Positions 12,231 through 20,000 of a stretch of DNA of 20,000 nucleotides are shown piece by piece (position 1 is the stretch's first letter; the number at the start of each line of letters is the position of its first letter). Where the stretch lies: IMG/VR virus record IMGVR_UViG_3300020109_000014. The stretch is one strand, 5' to 3'. The DNA is from an uncultured virus (IMG/VR IMGVR_UViG_3300020109_000014) (Duplodnaviria; Heunggongvirae; Uroviricota; Caudoviricetes). The notes below the pieces were generated by a model, which ran no database searches, had not been told where the DNA came from, and saw only the letters and a program-made list of their open reading frames with translations. The translations under genes and the position numbers were made by a program.

Positions 12231-12833
12231 TTAAAGTGAAAGCAGTCCTGATCGTGCTGTACGTGCAGGAGCCATGTTTAAATTAGTTCTTTCATCATAT
12301 TTACAATTTTTATGTGGACCATTAGCATTTACATAATGTAGAAATGCTTGTAAATACCATTTTTGTGTAAATGGTGGTCTCCAATGCCACAGATCACATC
12401 CTTTATATATGCAGACATCACCAGGATTTAACATAATCTCAATAGCATTTTTCATATCTTTAGTTTTACTAAAACAAATTGGGTTTATTTCTTCACCTTC
12501 GGGAAGTCCTAATGCTAATGTAACTGAGACTTCACATGCTTCTCTATCTATATGTGATTTTAATTCATCATCTTTTTGATATAATCTGGAGTAAGTATAT
12601 GTTGGTAGTAAATTAATTCCAGTTACTTCACTAAAATAATCACACGAAGAATTCAAAATAGTTTCAACTAAAGGATCACTATATATTTCAAATGCCTTAG
12701 CAGCTTGAGGAGATCCATAGTCAACTTTTTCACCAGATTGTATTCTTAAAAAGAAATATTGTTGGATAAACTCAACAAAATCTTGATTTAAAAATTCTCT
12801 AATGACAAAATAACCGTCTTGTTTAAAACTCAT
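12231..12833 (-). CDS. 2OG-Fe(II) oxygenase
   Basis: PTYTYSRLY, HIDREACEVS, HWR, QAFLHYV; start moved to MSFKQDGY. Confidence 0.88.
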   Translation of the reverse strand: MSFKQDGYFVIREFLNQDFVEFIQQYFFLRIQSGEKVDYGSPQAAKAFEIYSDPLVETILNSSCDYFSEVTGINLLPTYTYSRLYQKDDELKSHIDREACEVSVTLALGLPEGEEINPICFSKTKDMKNAIEIMLNPGDVCIYKGCDLWHWRPPFTQKWYLQAFLHYVNANGPHKNCKYDERTNLNMAPARTARSGLLSL

Positions 12834-12840
12834 AACAACC

Positions 12841-13491
12841 TCATTTAAAAGATGGACCATGAACCCATCCAACTAAAGTATTTCTAATTCCTTTAGTAAC
12901 TGGAGTAACTTCATGTAATGTATAAGAAGGAAAAAACACTGTTAATCCTTTTTGTCTTGTTATTACCTGTGGTTCCTTTGAAGTATATAATTTTAGCTCG
13001 CCACCTTCATAATCATCTGGATCTGACAGTTGTAATACAAAACTCAATTTTCTATTATGTGGGTTATTCCACACCAAAGGATCTATATGCTGATGGTAAC
13101 ATCCAAGTTCATCTGCCGAATATTCAGTAAACTGTAGTTTCTCCATCATTGTCAAATCATATTTAAAATATTTTTCATTTGTGTCACATATTGCTTGTGA
13201 TAATTTAGAATACATTTTTTTTGTATGTTCATTAATATTAATCCATGATATATGAGAACGTCTGATATCTAAACATTCTGACCCCTGATCACCAGTTTCT
13301 GCTCGTTCTCTAGTCATTCTTCTACCAGTGGTTACAATATCATCTAGTTCAGCATCTGTAAAAATATCATAAGACCAAGCAACATGATAATATTCTTCTG
13401 TTTGAAGATACCAATAGTCAGCCCAATTTGTTTCCAAAGGATCTACTATAGAATCAAAAGAATTTTTATTTGTAAAATACTTAAAAGACAT
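12841..13491 (-). CDS. 2OG-Fe(II) oxygenase, PKHD/prolyl-4-hydroxylase-like
   Basis: YHQHID, RKLSFVLQLSDPDDYEGGEL, FFPSYTLHEVTPVTKGIRNTLVGW. Confidence 0.92.
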   Translation of the reverse strand: MSFKYFTNKNSFDSIVDPLETNWADYWYLQTEEYYHVAWSYDIFTDAELDDIVTTGRRMTRERAETGDQGSECLDIRRSHISWININEHTKKMYSKLSQAICDTNEKYFKYDLTMMEKLQFTEYSADELGCYHQHIDPLVWNNPHNRKLSFVLQLSDPDDYEGGELKLYTSKEPQVITRQKGLTVFFPSYTLHEVTPVTKGIRNTLVGWVHGPSFK

Positions 13492-13519
13492 CGTAAACAA
13501 TGATTAGGTTTTATTCTCA

Positions 13520-13530
13520 ATTATACCACA
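13520..13530 (-). promoter_or_regulatory. Extended -10 sigma70 promoter
   Basis: TGTGGTATAAT upstream of the ATG at 13491. Confidence 0.65.
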
Positions 13531-13537
13531 TTTGTGG

Positions 13538-13960
13538 TTATTCGCCCGCTGGTTCTTCTTGTTGTTTTAGCAATTTTAAATTTTTTGCTCTTAAAGCAGC
13601 TATTTCTTCTCTCTGCTCATCAGACATTTGCCATGGTGCTGCACCAACCCAATGAATAGCTCCTGGTAATGTTTCGTCCCAAGATCTCCAAGTAGCAAAA
13701 TCATTTTTAGGTCTCAAAGCTATATCTAAACCACAACCAGCAGCTAACTGTTGTATAATCTCAACAGTTTCTACGGCATCTAATTGATACCATAAAAATC
13801 CAATATCTCCTCGTAAAGTAACTTCAATTAATCCACCACCACACGTACCAACACTAAAAGCTCTTGCTCTAGTTTTATTTGCTTCAAGACCATCTAGTTC
13901 ATTTTGTTCATATATTTCTCGAATTTTTTTTCTTGTTTCAGAAATTTCTCTTTTAGCCAT
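13538..13960 (-). CDS. Hypothetical protein (RARAFSVGTCGGGLIEVTLRGD)
   Basis: 140-aa ORF behind AATAAATA. Confidence 0.8.
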   Translation of the reverse strand: MAKREISETRKKIREIYEQNELDGLEANKTRARAFSVGTCGGGLIEVTLRGDIGFLWYQLDAVETVEIIQQLAAGCGLDIALRPKNDFATWRSWDETLPGAIHWVGAAPWQMSDEQREEIAALRAKNLKLLKQQEEPAGE

Positions 13961-13984
13961 TGTATGAAATTATAACTTCAAATT

Positions 13985-13992
13985 TATTTATT
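13985..13992 (-). promoter_or_regulatory. T4-type late promoter overlapping the stop of the Gly-rich gene
   Basis: AATAAATA. Confidence 0.6.
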
Positions 13993-15040
13993 GTGGATTC
14001 CAAGAAACAGTTACAGATCCGCCAGGGTTATTGACAGTTACGGGATATGATTGCCCTGGGGTAACTGTTATTGAATTGTATATTGTTGTATTTGCTGGGT
14101 TTCCAGGATTACCAGCAACAGGATTTCCAGCAGCTCCAGGATTACCATTATTTCCCTGTCCTCCAGTAGCTCCTTGGTTTCCAGGATTTCCACGCCCGCC
14201 GCCGCCACCGCCGCCGCCACCTCTTCGGCTACCTGGGCGATTTGGAGGGTTAGCATTACCACCAGATCCTCCATTACCACCATTTCTACCTGGCGCGCCG
14301 CCAGTTCCACCAGACCCGCCACCGCCGCCTCCAGAACCAGCAGCAGCCTGGCCATTATTGCCACCTTGCTGTCCGCCACCACCGCCAGGTCTTAATCCGC
14401 CACTGTTGCTACCACCAGTGCCACCACCTCCACCGTTTCCACCAGGATTACCATTACCAGCAGTACCAGCAGTACCAGGATTTCCAGGATTTCCAGCTGC
14501 TCCATTATTTCCTTTTCCACCATTACCGCCAGGACCACCAGGGAAATTTAACCCAGCAAATATTGATGCTGCTCCCGTCTGTCCTTGCCCTCCTGTGTTA
14601 CCACCACCACCTCCCCCTGGCGCGATGGCGTTATTTCCAGGCGGGGCTGATCCTTTAGTTCCAGCAGAACCAGCACTTCCACTTCCGCCCCTTTGCCCAG
14701 GGAACCCTGGGCGATTTCCTCGAGCCCCGCCGCCACCACCGCTGACGCCCCCATTGTTTCCAGGGTTTGCTCTAACAGGAAATGGCACAGCATTTCCACC
14801 ACCGCCGCCACCGCCACCATGACTGGCATTTCCTGCTGTACCAACACCACCATTGCCCCTCTGCCCTCTGAATCCAGGGTTGCCACCATTACCTGTGCCG
14901 CCAGGCTGACCAACTGCGCCCCTACCAGAAGCAGAGACATTTACAATTTTAGGCGGAGCAACCCAAGTACCAGGAGAATTAAATACCTGACTGCCCCCTG
15001 GTGTTATTCCTCCTCTATATACTGCTCTTGATACAGCCAT
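13988..15040 (-). CDS. Glycine-rich (polyglycine / Gly-X-Y) protein, probable tail-fibre tip or adhesin
   Basis: N-terminal FNSPGTWVAP and C-terminal ITVTPGQSYPVTV beta elements enclose about 270 aa of GGGGG runs and GNP/GNG/GTA triplets. Confidence 0.75.
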   Translation of the reverse strand: MAVSRAVYRGGITPGGSQVFNSPGTWVAPPKIVNVSASGRGAVGQPGGTGNGGNPGFRGQRGNGGVGTAGNASHGGGGGGGGNAVPFPVRANPGNNGGVSGGGGGARGNRPGFPGQRGGSGSAGSAGTKGSAPPGNNAIAPGGGGGGNTGGQGQTGAASIFAGLNFPGGPGGNGGKGNNGAAGNPGNPGTAGTAGNGNPGGNGGGGGTGGSNSGGLRPGGGGGQQGGNNGQAAAGSGGGGGGSGGTGGAPGRNGGNGGSGGNANPPNRPGSRRGGGGGGGGGRGNPGNQGATGGQGNNGNPGAAGNPVAGNPGNPANTTIYNSITVTPGQSYPVTVNNPGGSVTVSWNPQ

Positions 15041-15050
15041 ATCTCTATAC

Positions 15051-15638
15051 CTATACGTTAAACCAGCCTGTTATAACATATTTAGACGTATTACCATGTA
15101 CTGTGTTGCCCCTATGAGTATGAGTAAATGATGCTGGCCATATAACCATACAATTTTCTTTAGGAGGAATTCTTAATTGTTGATATAAAAATTCTGTCTC
15201 TCCTGCTTGTTTTATATCATTCAAATATAACATATAAACTAAAGCTCTACTAGCCATATCATTGTTTCCTTGTTCAGCGTGCCAAACATGGTAACCACCC
15301 CCAGGTGGAGTTTTTTGCATTTTAAAATCAGAACCAACTATATCTATGGTTCTAAGAACGTCATATTGATCACAATACATGTCGAAACAACATTGTAATC
15401 CTTCAGCAAATATTTGATTAACACATCTTTCATTAAATTCAGTAAAAGATGTTGCTTTTACATTAACTGAAATATGAAAGTCATTCTTTTCTATTTGTTT
15501 AGCATTTTCAGATTCCCTTCTATTTCTTACTATTCTAGAGTCATGTAGTCTCTCAAATTCATTGATCATATGAGAGCAATAACCATCCTCATACACATCA
15601 GTGTACATTCCAATAAAATCAGTATAAGTTTCCGACAT
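15051..15638 (-). CDS. 2OG-Fe(II) oxygenase (HxE variant)
   Basis: GGYHVWHAE, YLND...GETEF, WPASFTHTHRGN, KYVITGW. Confidence 0.9.
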   Translation of the reverse strand: MSETYTDFIGMYTDVYEDGYCSHMINEFERLHDSRIVRNRRESENAKQIEKNDFHISVNVKATSFTEFNERCVNQIFAEGLQCCFDMYCDQYDVLRTIDIVGSDFKMQKTPPGGGYHVWHAEQGNNDMASRALVYMLYLNDIKQAGETEFLYQQLRIPPKENCMVIWPASFTHTHRGNTVHGNTSKYVITGWFNV

Positions 15639-15641
15639 AAA

Positions 15642-16058
15642 TCAAGCGTAATTAATTAATGATAAAGAACCATACCAAATAGCACCACCGTCAAAAGTAA
15701 AAAAAGTAAAAACATCAGCTCTATTAGCTGTTGTTGTTCTTGTAGGAACGGTTCCGCCTGGCCATCTTACAGTACCTGGCCAGGTAACTGATCTACCAGA
15801 AGTACCATCATTTCTAAGAATAAGAGTAAAAGAAGTAGCAGAAGTAGTAGTTTTAGTTCCTAAAGTAAAAGTAAATGTGGTGTTTGTTGCTAATGTTGCT
15901 GAAACAAATGTTCCAAGTGCTAGATTAATATTTGTTGTAGCACTAGTATTACCCAAATTATTTAGTTTTTCAGTATAATCTCTAAGATAACCATCAAAAT
16001 TACCAGCTATATTTAAATCTGACACACCAGTTACTGATGTTGATGTTAAGACTGCCAT
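15642..16058 (-). CDS. Thr-rich tail-fibre-associated beta-sandwich protein
   Basis: SFTLILRNDGT.GRSVTWP..VRWPGGTVPT.TTTAN..DVFTFFTFDGG..WYG is a common fibre C-terminal/adaptor domain pattern; late promoter upstream. Confidence 0.7.
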   Translation of the reverse strand: MAVLTSTSVTGVSDLNIAGNFDGYLRDYTEKLNNLGNTSATTNINLALGTFVSATLATNTTFTFTLGTKTTTSATSFTLILRNDGTSGRSVTWPGTVRWPGGTVPTRTTTANRADVFTFFTFDGGAIWYGSLSLINYA

Positions 16059-16085
16059 CTTTTATGTGTACAATACCTGTGTCAC

Positions 16086-16093
16086 TATTTATT
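16086..16093 (-). promoter_or_regulatory. T4-type late promoter
   Basis: AATAAATA 28 nt upstream of the ATG at 16058. Confidence 0.7.
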
Positions 16094-16101
16094 CATTCTG
16101 T

Positions 16102-16626
16102 CTAGTTTTTAACATCAAGATTAAAAGCTAATATACTTCTTTCTTTTTCAGATTGATTTGGATTAGCATAATGTAAAATAGATGATGGAAAAAATATAAT
16201 AGATCCTTCTTCAACTTCTGGAATGTAAAACAGATTGTTACCTGTCAAAAAATTATTGAAAGGAGCAATAAATTCTGTTGATTTGTGATGATTTATATCA
16301 TAATCGACATAACACACAGAACTATAACCTATACTTGAATGACTATGTACGCTATGATAATCTCCACGTTTTGCTGTAGCAAACCAAGATATTAATATTC
16401 TATATTCAGTAAATCCAAAATGATCAGCAAATAAATTAAGCTCTTCTTCTAATATTGATTGAATTTTATTATTACTTAAATGAAGATCAATGCTATCTTT
16501 TTGTGTGAAATAATCCATACCATTACTCATCATATCAAGCAAGAGTATTTTTTTACTATTCCAGTTTTTTACTTTTAAATGTAAAAGTGGTATAGTAAAC
16601 ATATCGATAGCATAATTTTCAATCAT
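16102..16626 (-). CDS. Putative 2OG-Fe(II) oxygenase (TIGR02466-like)
   Basis: SW...GDYHSVHSH, SSVCYV, EGSIIFFPSSILHY..N...ERSILAFN. Confidence 0.82.
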   Translation of the reverse strand: MIENYAIDMFTIPLLHLKVKNWNSKKILLLDMMSNGMDYFTQKDSIDLHLSNNKIQSILEEELNLFADHFGFTEYRILISWFATAKRGDYHSVHSHSSIGYSSVCYVDYDINHHKSTEFIAPFNNFLTGNNLFYIPEVEEGSIIFFPSSILHYANPNQSEKERSILAFNLDVKN

Positions 16627-17165
16627 TCTATTTTTTGTACAATAGAAACGTTGTCAACTTTATCTAAACGAATTGTATTATCATCCAGTGGTGTCCACTG
16701 AATGTAATCACCAAGATTGATATTCAATTTACTCATTACTTCATCAGGAAGAACAAGTGTACCGTCACCACCAATTGTTAAATCAGCAGTAAAAGGGTTA
16801 GGTTTGTTTGGATCATTACGTGTGTAATCATAATAATATGCTGAGTGTTTTTCTTCAGCAGCATCACACATGGCATTAAGTTCTTCATCAGTATACTTAA
16901 TTGTTTTAGGTTCTTCGTAATCTTCATGAGCAGCAACTACAGTTGCCTGCCATGCTTTGCTGAACTTAGAATCAAATTCAGCAACAAAAAATCCAAGAAA
17001 TTCATAAGCAGCATCAATCAAATGCTCTGTTTTATCAAATTTATGTGTAGCAAGAGTTTCTGATGCTACATCAAGAATTTCACGAGCAGAATTAACTTTA
17101 GTGATACAAATCTCAAGTTCATTCATGGCATCCCATGCTTTTTGATAATTAACCGCCATGATCAA
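16623..17165 (-). CDS. Helical protein with a C-terminal AbrB/MazE/SpoVT-like domain
   Basis: GDGTLVLPDEVMSKLNINLGDYIQWTPLDDNTIRLDKV matches the swapped-hairpin consensus G.i.lP.e....L.i..GD.l.w. Confidence 0.65.
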   Translation of the reverse strand: MIMAVNYQKAWDAMNELEICITKVNSAREILDVASETLATHKFDKTEHLIDAAYEFLGFFVAEFDSKFSKAWQATVVAAHEDYEEPKTIKYTDEELNAMCDAAEEKHSAYYYDYTRNDPNKPNPFTADLTIGGDGTLVLPDEVMSKLNINLGDYIQWTPLDDNTIRLDKVDNVSIVQKIE

Positions 17166-17371
17166 TCTCCAAATTGAGTCTTCATATTGTACAGGTCTTC
17201 TCGATGGTTGTCAAGGCTATTCATGATCTCATACAACACATTAGTAGTTTCTATGTTTTCTTGCTCCAAATATTTAATTCTTTTATCTAGCTCTTCAATT
17301 TTTTGAACTAATATATCATATGGTGTTGGATCATCATATCCCCATTTATCATATGAATGTGTAGTTGTCAT
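17162..17371 (-). CDS. Small coiled-coil hypothetical protein
   Basis: ATGA coupling; heptad pattern. Confidence 0.75.
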   Translation of the reverse strand: MTTTHSYDKWGYDDPTPYDILVQKIEELDKRIKYLEQENIETTNVLYEIMNSLDNHREDLYNMKTQFGD

Positions 17372-17937
17372 GTATAAAATACTCCTGGTCCATGAGTGTA
17401 CATTTGATCGTAAATAGGCACATACAGATTTCCTCTAGTTCTAACATAACAGAGAAATAATCCACAATAATATGTTCCTTGATATTCTTCTCTCCAATGT
17501 AATGCTTCTGTTCCCAAATACAACATAGCATCACCTTTATTCATAGTAATTGATACACTTTTACTATCTGGTTTTGGAGTACGAATCCATATATCCCAAA
17601 GCAAATCACAATCAAGATTAATAGTAACTGCTATTTCACAATTTTGTTGATCTCTGTGTAATGGTAAATTACTTTTATTATGATATATTCTAGAGTAAGA
17701 AAACGTTGGCAACAAAGGTTCTCCGACTATACTAGATATTTCGTGGGTTTTATCTAATAAAATTTCTAGAAATGGTAGATAATTACGATAACTAGATGAA
17801 TCTTTTACCAACCAATCTCCTATTAGATTTTTCTCTTGGCAAAAACTTTTAAATTCATTTGCCAATTTAACTGTTTGATCGGCATGTAAAAAATTTGGTA
17901 ATATAATATAATTATTATCAATTAACTCTTGATTCAT
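17368..17937 (-). CDS. 2OG-Fe(II) oxygenase, paralogous to 12231..12833
   Basis: PTFSYSRIY, LHRDQQNCEIAVT, GDAMLYLG...HWRE; ATG at 17937 gives an ATGA overlap with the upstream stop. Confidence 0.88.
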   Translation of the reverse strand: MNQELIDNNYIILPNFLHADQTVKLANEFKSFCQEKNLIGDWLVKDSSSYRNYLPFLEILLDKTHEISSIVGEPLLPTFSYSRIYHNKSNLPLHRDQQNCEIAVTINLDCDLLWDIWIRTPKPDSKSVSITMNKGDAMLYLGTEALHWREEYQGTYYCGLFLCYVRTRGNLYVPIYDQMYTHGPGVFYT

Positions 17938-18443
17938 ACCCATTCTGGTTTCCTTTCTGGCATACGAAGATAATTAGATGCAACCCAAGGTTTGGACGAA
18001 ATATACATTTTGTAAGCAGTAAAAGTGTCAATGCTTGTGTCAAATTTATATTCATTTGGCATTGCTCTAGCGAATGGTGTAACATTAGTTATTCTACCTT
18101 TGGGAAACAAATAATATGCTTCAAGTAAAGTATTATAACAAGAATGGATTTTATTGTAACGAATGGCATACTCATCACATAAGTTCATGCCATGCTTAAT
18201 TAACCAATAAGCATTGTCAATAGTTGATGCTGCCCACTGTGTACATGGATGGTTACGAAAGGCTCCCTTTTCTGTACGATAGGGAACACCATTTACTTTA
18301 TTGATTTTGCCGTAATTGTGATACCATTTAGAAGCAATGATAGATAACATCTGACAACACTCTAGTGGCATCTTGACAATATGTTTATCAGGCAGTACAA
18401 TCGCTGATTCTGCTGGCCATGGAGATGTAACGAATATATTCAT
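17934..18443 (-). CDS. Pyrimidine-dimer DNA glycosylase / endonuclease V (DenV)-like family protein
   Basis: MNIFVT...DKHIVKMPLECCQMLS...NHPCTQWA; start moved to the ATG at 18443 (ATGA-coupled). Confidence 0.75.
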   Translation of the reverse strand: MNIFVTSPWPAESAIVLPDKHIVKMPLECCQMLSIIASKWYHNYGKINKVNGVPYRTEKGAFRNHPCTQWAASTIDNAYWLIKHGMNLCDEYAIRYNKIHSCYNTLLEAYYLFPKGRITNVTPFARAMPNEYKFDTSIDTFTAYKMYISSKPWVASNYLRMPERKPEWV

Positions 18444-18844
18444 AAAAATCTTCCAGTAATGTCCATGTAGTCTTGTAGTATACCACACCTGAAATGTAAT
18501 CGACAACGGGGCCAATCTTCCCACTTTCCTTTCCATTCAGCAGGGTAGATTTCAATATACTTTGTGATTAGATGTGGTTGATACTTACCATGAACACCAG
18601 TAGAAATCCATTCATAATTGAGAAACTTACGCTTCTCATCATATCGGTCATCATCCTCTGTGATTTCACAGAAGTCATGTGTTCCAAGATAACTTGGATA
18701 CCACAACTGACCACTGGGATCTAACCAGTAGTCAGTCATTGTGCCACCTAGTCCATATTCTTCAATGTCTTTGGTTTGACACACTGTATTTGTAAATTGC
18801 TCACCCAAATCATACGATGAGCGGAAATAATCAAACATTCCCAT
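18440..18844 (-). CDS. Conserved phage hypothetical protein (MGMFD...QTKD family)
   Basis: GAGG SD; recognisable motif. Confidence 0.82.
   Translation of the reverse strand: MGMFDYFRSSYDLGEQFTNTVCQTKDIEEYGLGGTMTDYWLDPSGQLWYPSYLGTHDFCEITEDDDRYDEKRKFLNYEWISTGVHGKYQPHLITKYIEIYPAEWKGKWEDWPRCRLHFRCGILQDYMDITGRFL
18477..18487 (-). promoter_or_regulatory. Extended -10 promoter for the DenV-like gene
   Basis: TGTGGTATACT ending 34 nt upstream of the ATG at 18443. Confidence 0.6.
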
Positions 18845-18846
18845 TA

Positions 18847-19041
18847 TTAAACCTCATTCCATTCTTCATAGCGTGTTTGAATTCTACCATCATTTAGAAA
18901 AATATTCAAATGCCCTACACTACCATTTTCCAAGTAGAATGCCATCCATACATGACGACCTTCCTCCATCACTTCATAGTGATACATTTTGATGTCATCT
19001 AGGACAAATTCATCAGGATTATAAAGTTCTTTGTCTGTCAC
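18847..19041 (-). CDS. Hypothetical protein
   Basis: GTG start with GAGG SD. Confidence 0.75.
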   Translation of the reverse strand: MTDKELYNPDEFVLDDIKMYHYEVMEEGRHVWMAFYLENGSVGHLNIFLNDGRIQTRYEEWNEV

Positions 19042-19249
19042 GGATTACCTCAAAACATACTGAGTTAAACTTTTGTTTTAGTATACCACGTAATTCAATC
19101 TTAGTGTGCTGTGAATGCACTTCTACATGCTCTACATAGTATTTGTCACCTACAATTAAAATACCAGTTGGATCATCGCTGTTGCCCCATTTAACCTGCT
19201 CTGGTGAGCATCCTACAAACTTTACTGTATCGCCTGCTCTTATATTCAT
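19019..19249 (-). CDS. Small beta-rich hypothetical protein (QVKWGNSDDP...FNSVCFE)
   Basis: 76-aa ORF in operon. Confidence 0.8.
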   Translation of the reverse strand: MNIRAGDTVKFVGCSPEQVKWGNSDDPTGILIVGDKYYVEHVEVHSQHTKIELRGILKQKFNSVCFEVIRDRQRTL

Positions 19250-19291
19250 ACGCTTTGCCCACCCTAAATTTGGCCACGTATCTCTATATAT

Positions 19292-19444
19292 TCAATCATT
19301 GAAACTCTCCTGAAACTGTTTCCATCGTTTGTCTAATTGACTATCCATCCAGCCCCATACACCGTGTTCCATACCATCAACACCAGCAACTTCAATCTCA
19401 TCTTGAATGAGACGCCGCAGCATCTCAATTTGTTCGTCAGTCAT
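19292..19444 (-). CDS. 50-aa hypothetical protein (MTDEQIEMLRRLIQDEIE...)
   Basis: GGAGG SD before the ATG at 19444. Confidence 0.75.
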   Translation of the reverse strand: MTDEQIEMLRRLIQDEIEVAGVDGMEHGVWGWMDSQLDKRWKQFQESFND

Positions 19445-19445
19445 T

Positions 19446-19685
19446 TCAACCTCCTCCAAAAACATAATTAATAACACCTGCGGGATGATTGATATTTTCA
19501 ATCACCTGAAATGTTCCATCCTTAAAATCTGTTTGTGCGTCAATAATCTCACCACCTGACCACATCTCATAATGCTCAAACTTTTTAACATAAATCTCTT
19601 CACAATGAGACATAGATTCGGCAGCAATTACACACATTCCACGAGTAGCATCCCAAAGAACATTGCTGATAATATAGAGATTCAT
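19446..19685 (-). CDS. Hypothetical protein (GMCVIAAES...YVFGGG)
   Basis: AAGGTGG SD-like sequence; 79-aa ORF. Confidence 0.78.
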   Translation of the reverse strand: MNLYIISNVLWDATRGMCVIAAESMSHCEEIYVKKFEHYEMWSGGEIIDAQTDFKDGTFQVIENINHPAGVINYVFGGG

Positions 19686-19737
19686 TTTACCACCTTATAT
19701 GAAAAATTCTATGGTTTGTGTTGAATTTTGACTTAGA

Positions 19738-19869
19738 TTATTTCTTATAAAATTCTATTTTGAGTTGAGTAATGAGTAAATCAACTTTATCTTCAATACG
19801 AGTAAGTCGTTCCTCAATAGTATTTTCTTTAGCAATAAGTTTTAGTTTTTTAATTTGTTCGTTAGTCAT
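19738..19869 (-). CDS. 43-aa coiled-coil protein (MTNEQIKKLKLIAKENTIEERLTRIEDKVDLL...)
   Basis: Hand-translated; not in track. Confidence 0.65.
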   Translation of the reverse strand: MTNEQIKKLKLIAKENTIEERLTRIEDKVDLLITQLKIEFYKK

Positions 19870-19871
19870 AG

Positions 19872-20000
19872 TTATACTCTTACAGGTTCTGCTTGTCTTT
19901 CTGGAAGTTTGATTTGTGGAAGTGGTTGTGGTTCACGAACTTCCCAAGACCCACCAACTCCACCGTTCATATTCACAACAATCTCATTGGTTGGTAGTAC
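19872..20000 (-). CDS. C-terminus of a gene entering from the right edge (...VVNMNGGVGGSWEVREPQPLPQ...)
   Basis: Open frame ending at TAA 19874-19872. Confidence 0.6.
   Translation of the reverse strand, partial: VLPTNEIVVNMNGGVGGSWEVREPQPLPQIKLPERQAEPVRV

Noticed and set aside
14031..14822. 263-aa polyproline ORF on the plus strand, and ORFs 14068..14382, 14174..14395, 14548..14940, 14693..15031
   Set aside because: These are antisense or alternative-frame shadows of GGN codons in the Gly-rich gene
9371..17534. Short overlapping track ORFs 9371..9679, 9642..9824, 10119..10319, 10148..10375, 11876..12058, 12918..13130, 16845..17063, 17349..17534
   Set aside because: They overlap motif-bearing genes, and I saw no RBS, promoter or family signal for them
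1..20000. tRNA, rRNA, transposase or photosynthesis genes (psbA, hli)
   Set aside because: No cloverleaf/T-loop signature or recognisable protein motifs found by eye; tRNAscan-SE and an Rfam search would settle the RNA question

Overview
The window is 20 kb of a T4-like cyanophage (myovirus) genome, and essentially all real genes are on the minus strand. Block 1 (1-1530) is an AT-rich late region behind an AATAAATA late promoter, with a PAAR-like spike protein and small conserved proteins. At about 1570 there is a sharp step to about 60% GC. Block 2 (1644-6440) is a dense array of tiny early genes, most with their own copy of a ~55-bp module: a -10 box, a GC-rich hairpin and a fixed-distance ~22-bp palindrome G(A/C)CA(C/G)TT-N4-AA(C/G)TG(T/G)C. 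I count 15 copies, 12 here and 3 more out to 11284, and GC decays along the array. Block 3 (6209-6593) is non-coding and origin-like, with phased A/T tracts, a consensus sigma70 promoter, an AT-rich patch and four tandem DnaA-box-like 9-mers. Block 4 (6594-11769) holds further hypothetical genes. Block 5 (11806-16626) is a late-promoter module in which tail-fibre-associated genes and a 350-aa polyglycine/X-Pro-Gly protein alternate with 2OG-Fe(II) oxygenases (six in the window). Block 6 (16623-20000) has an AbrB-domain fusion, a DenV-like glycosylase and small hypotheticals. About a dozen credible ORFs under 60 aa are missing from the supplied track. I recognised no tRNA, rRNA, CRISPR array or transposase. 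Family calls come from motif recognition by eye, not database searches.
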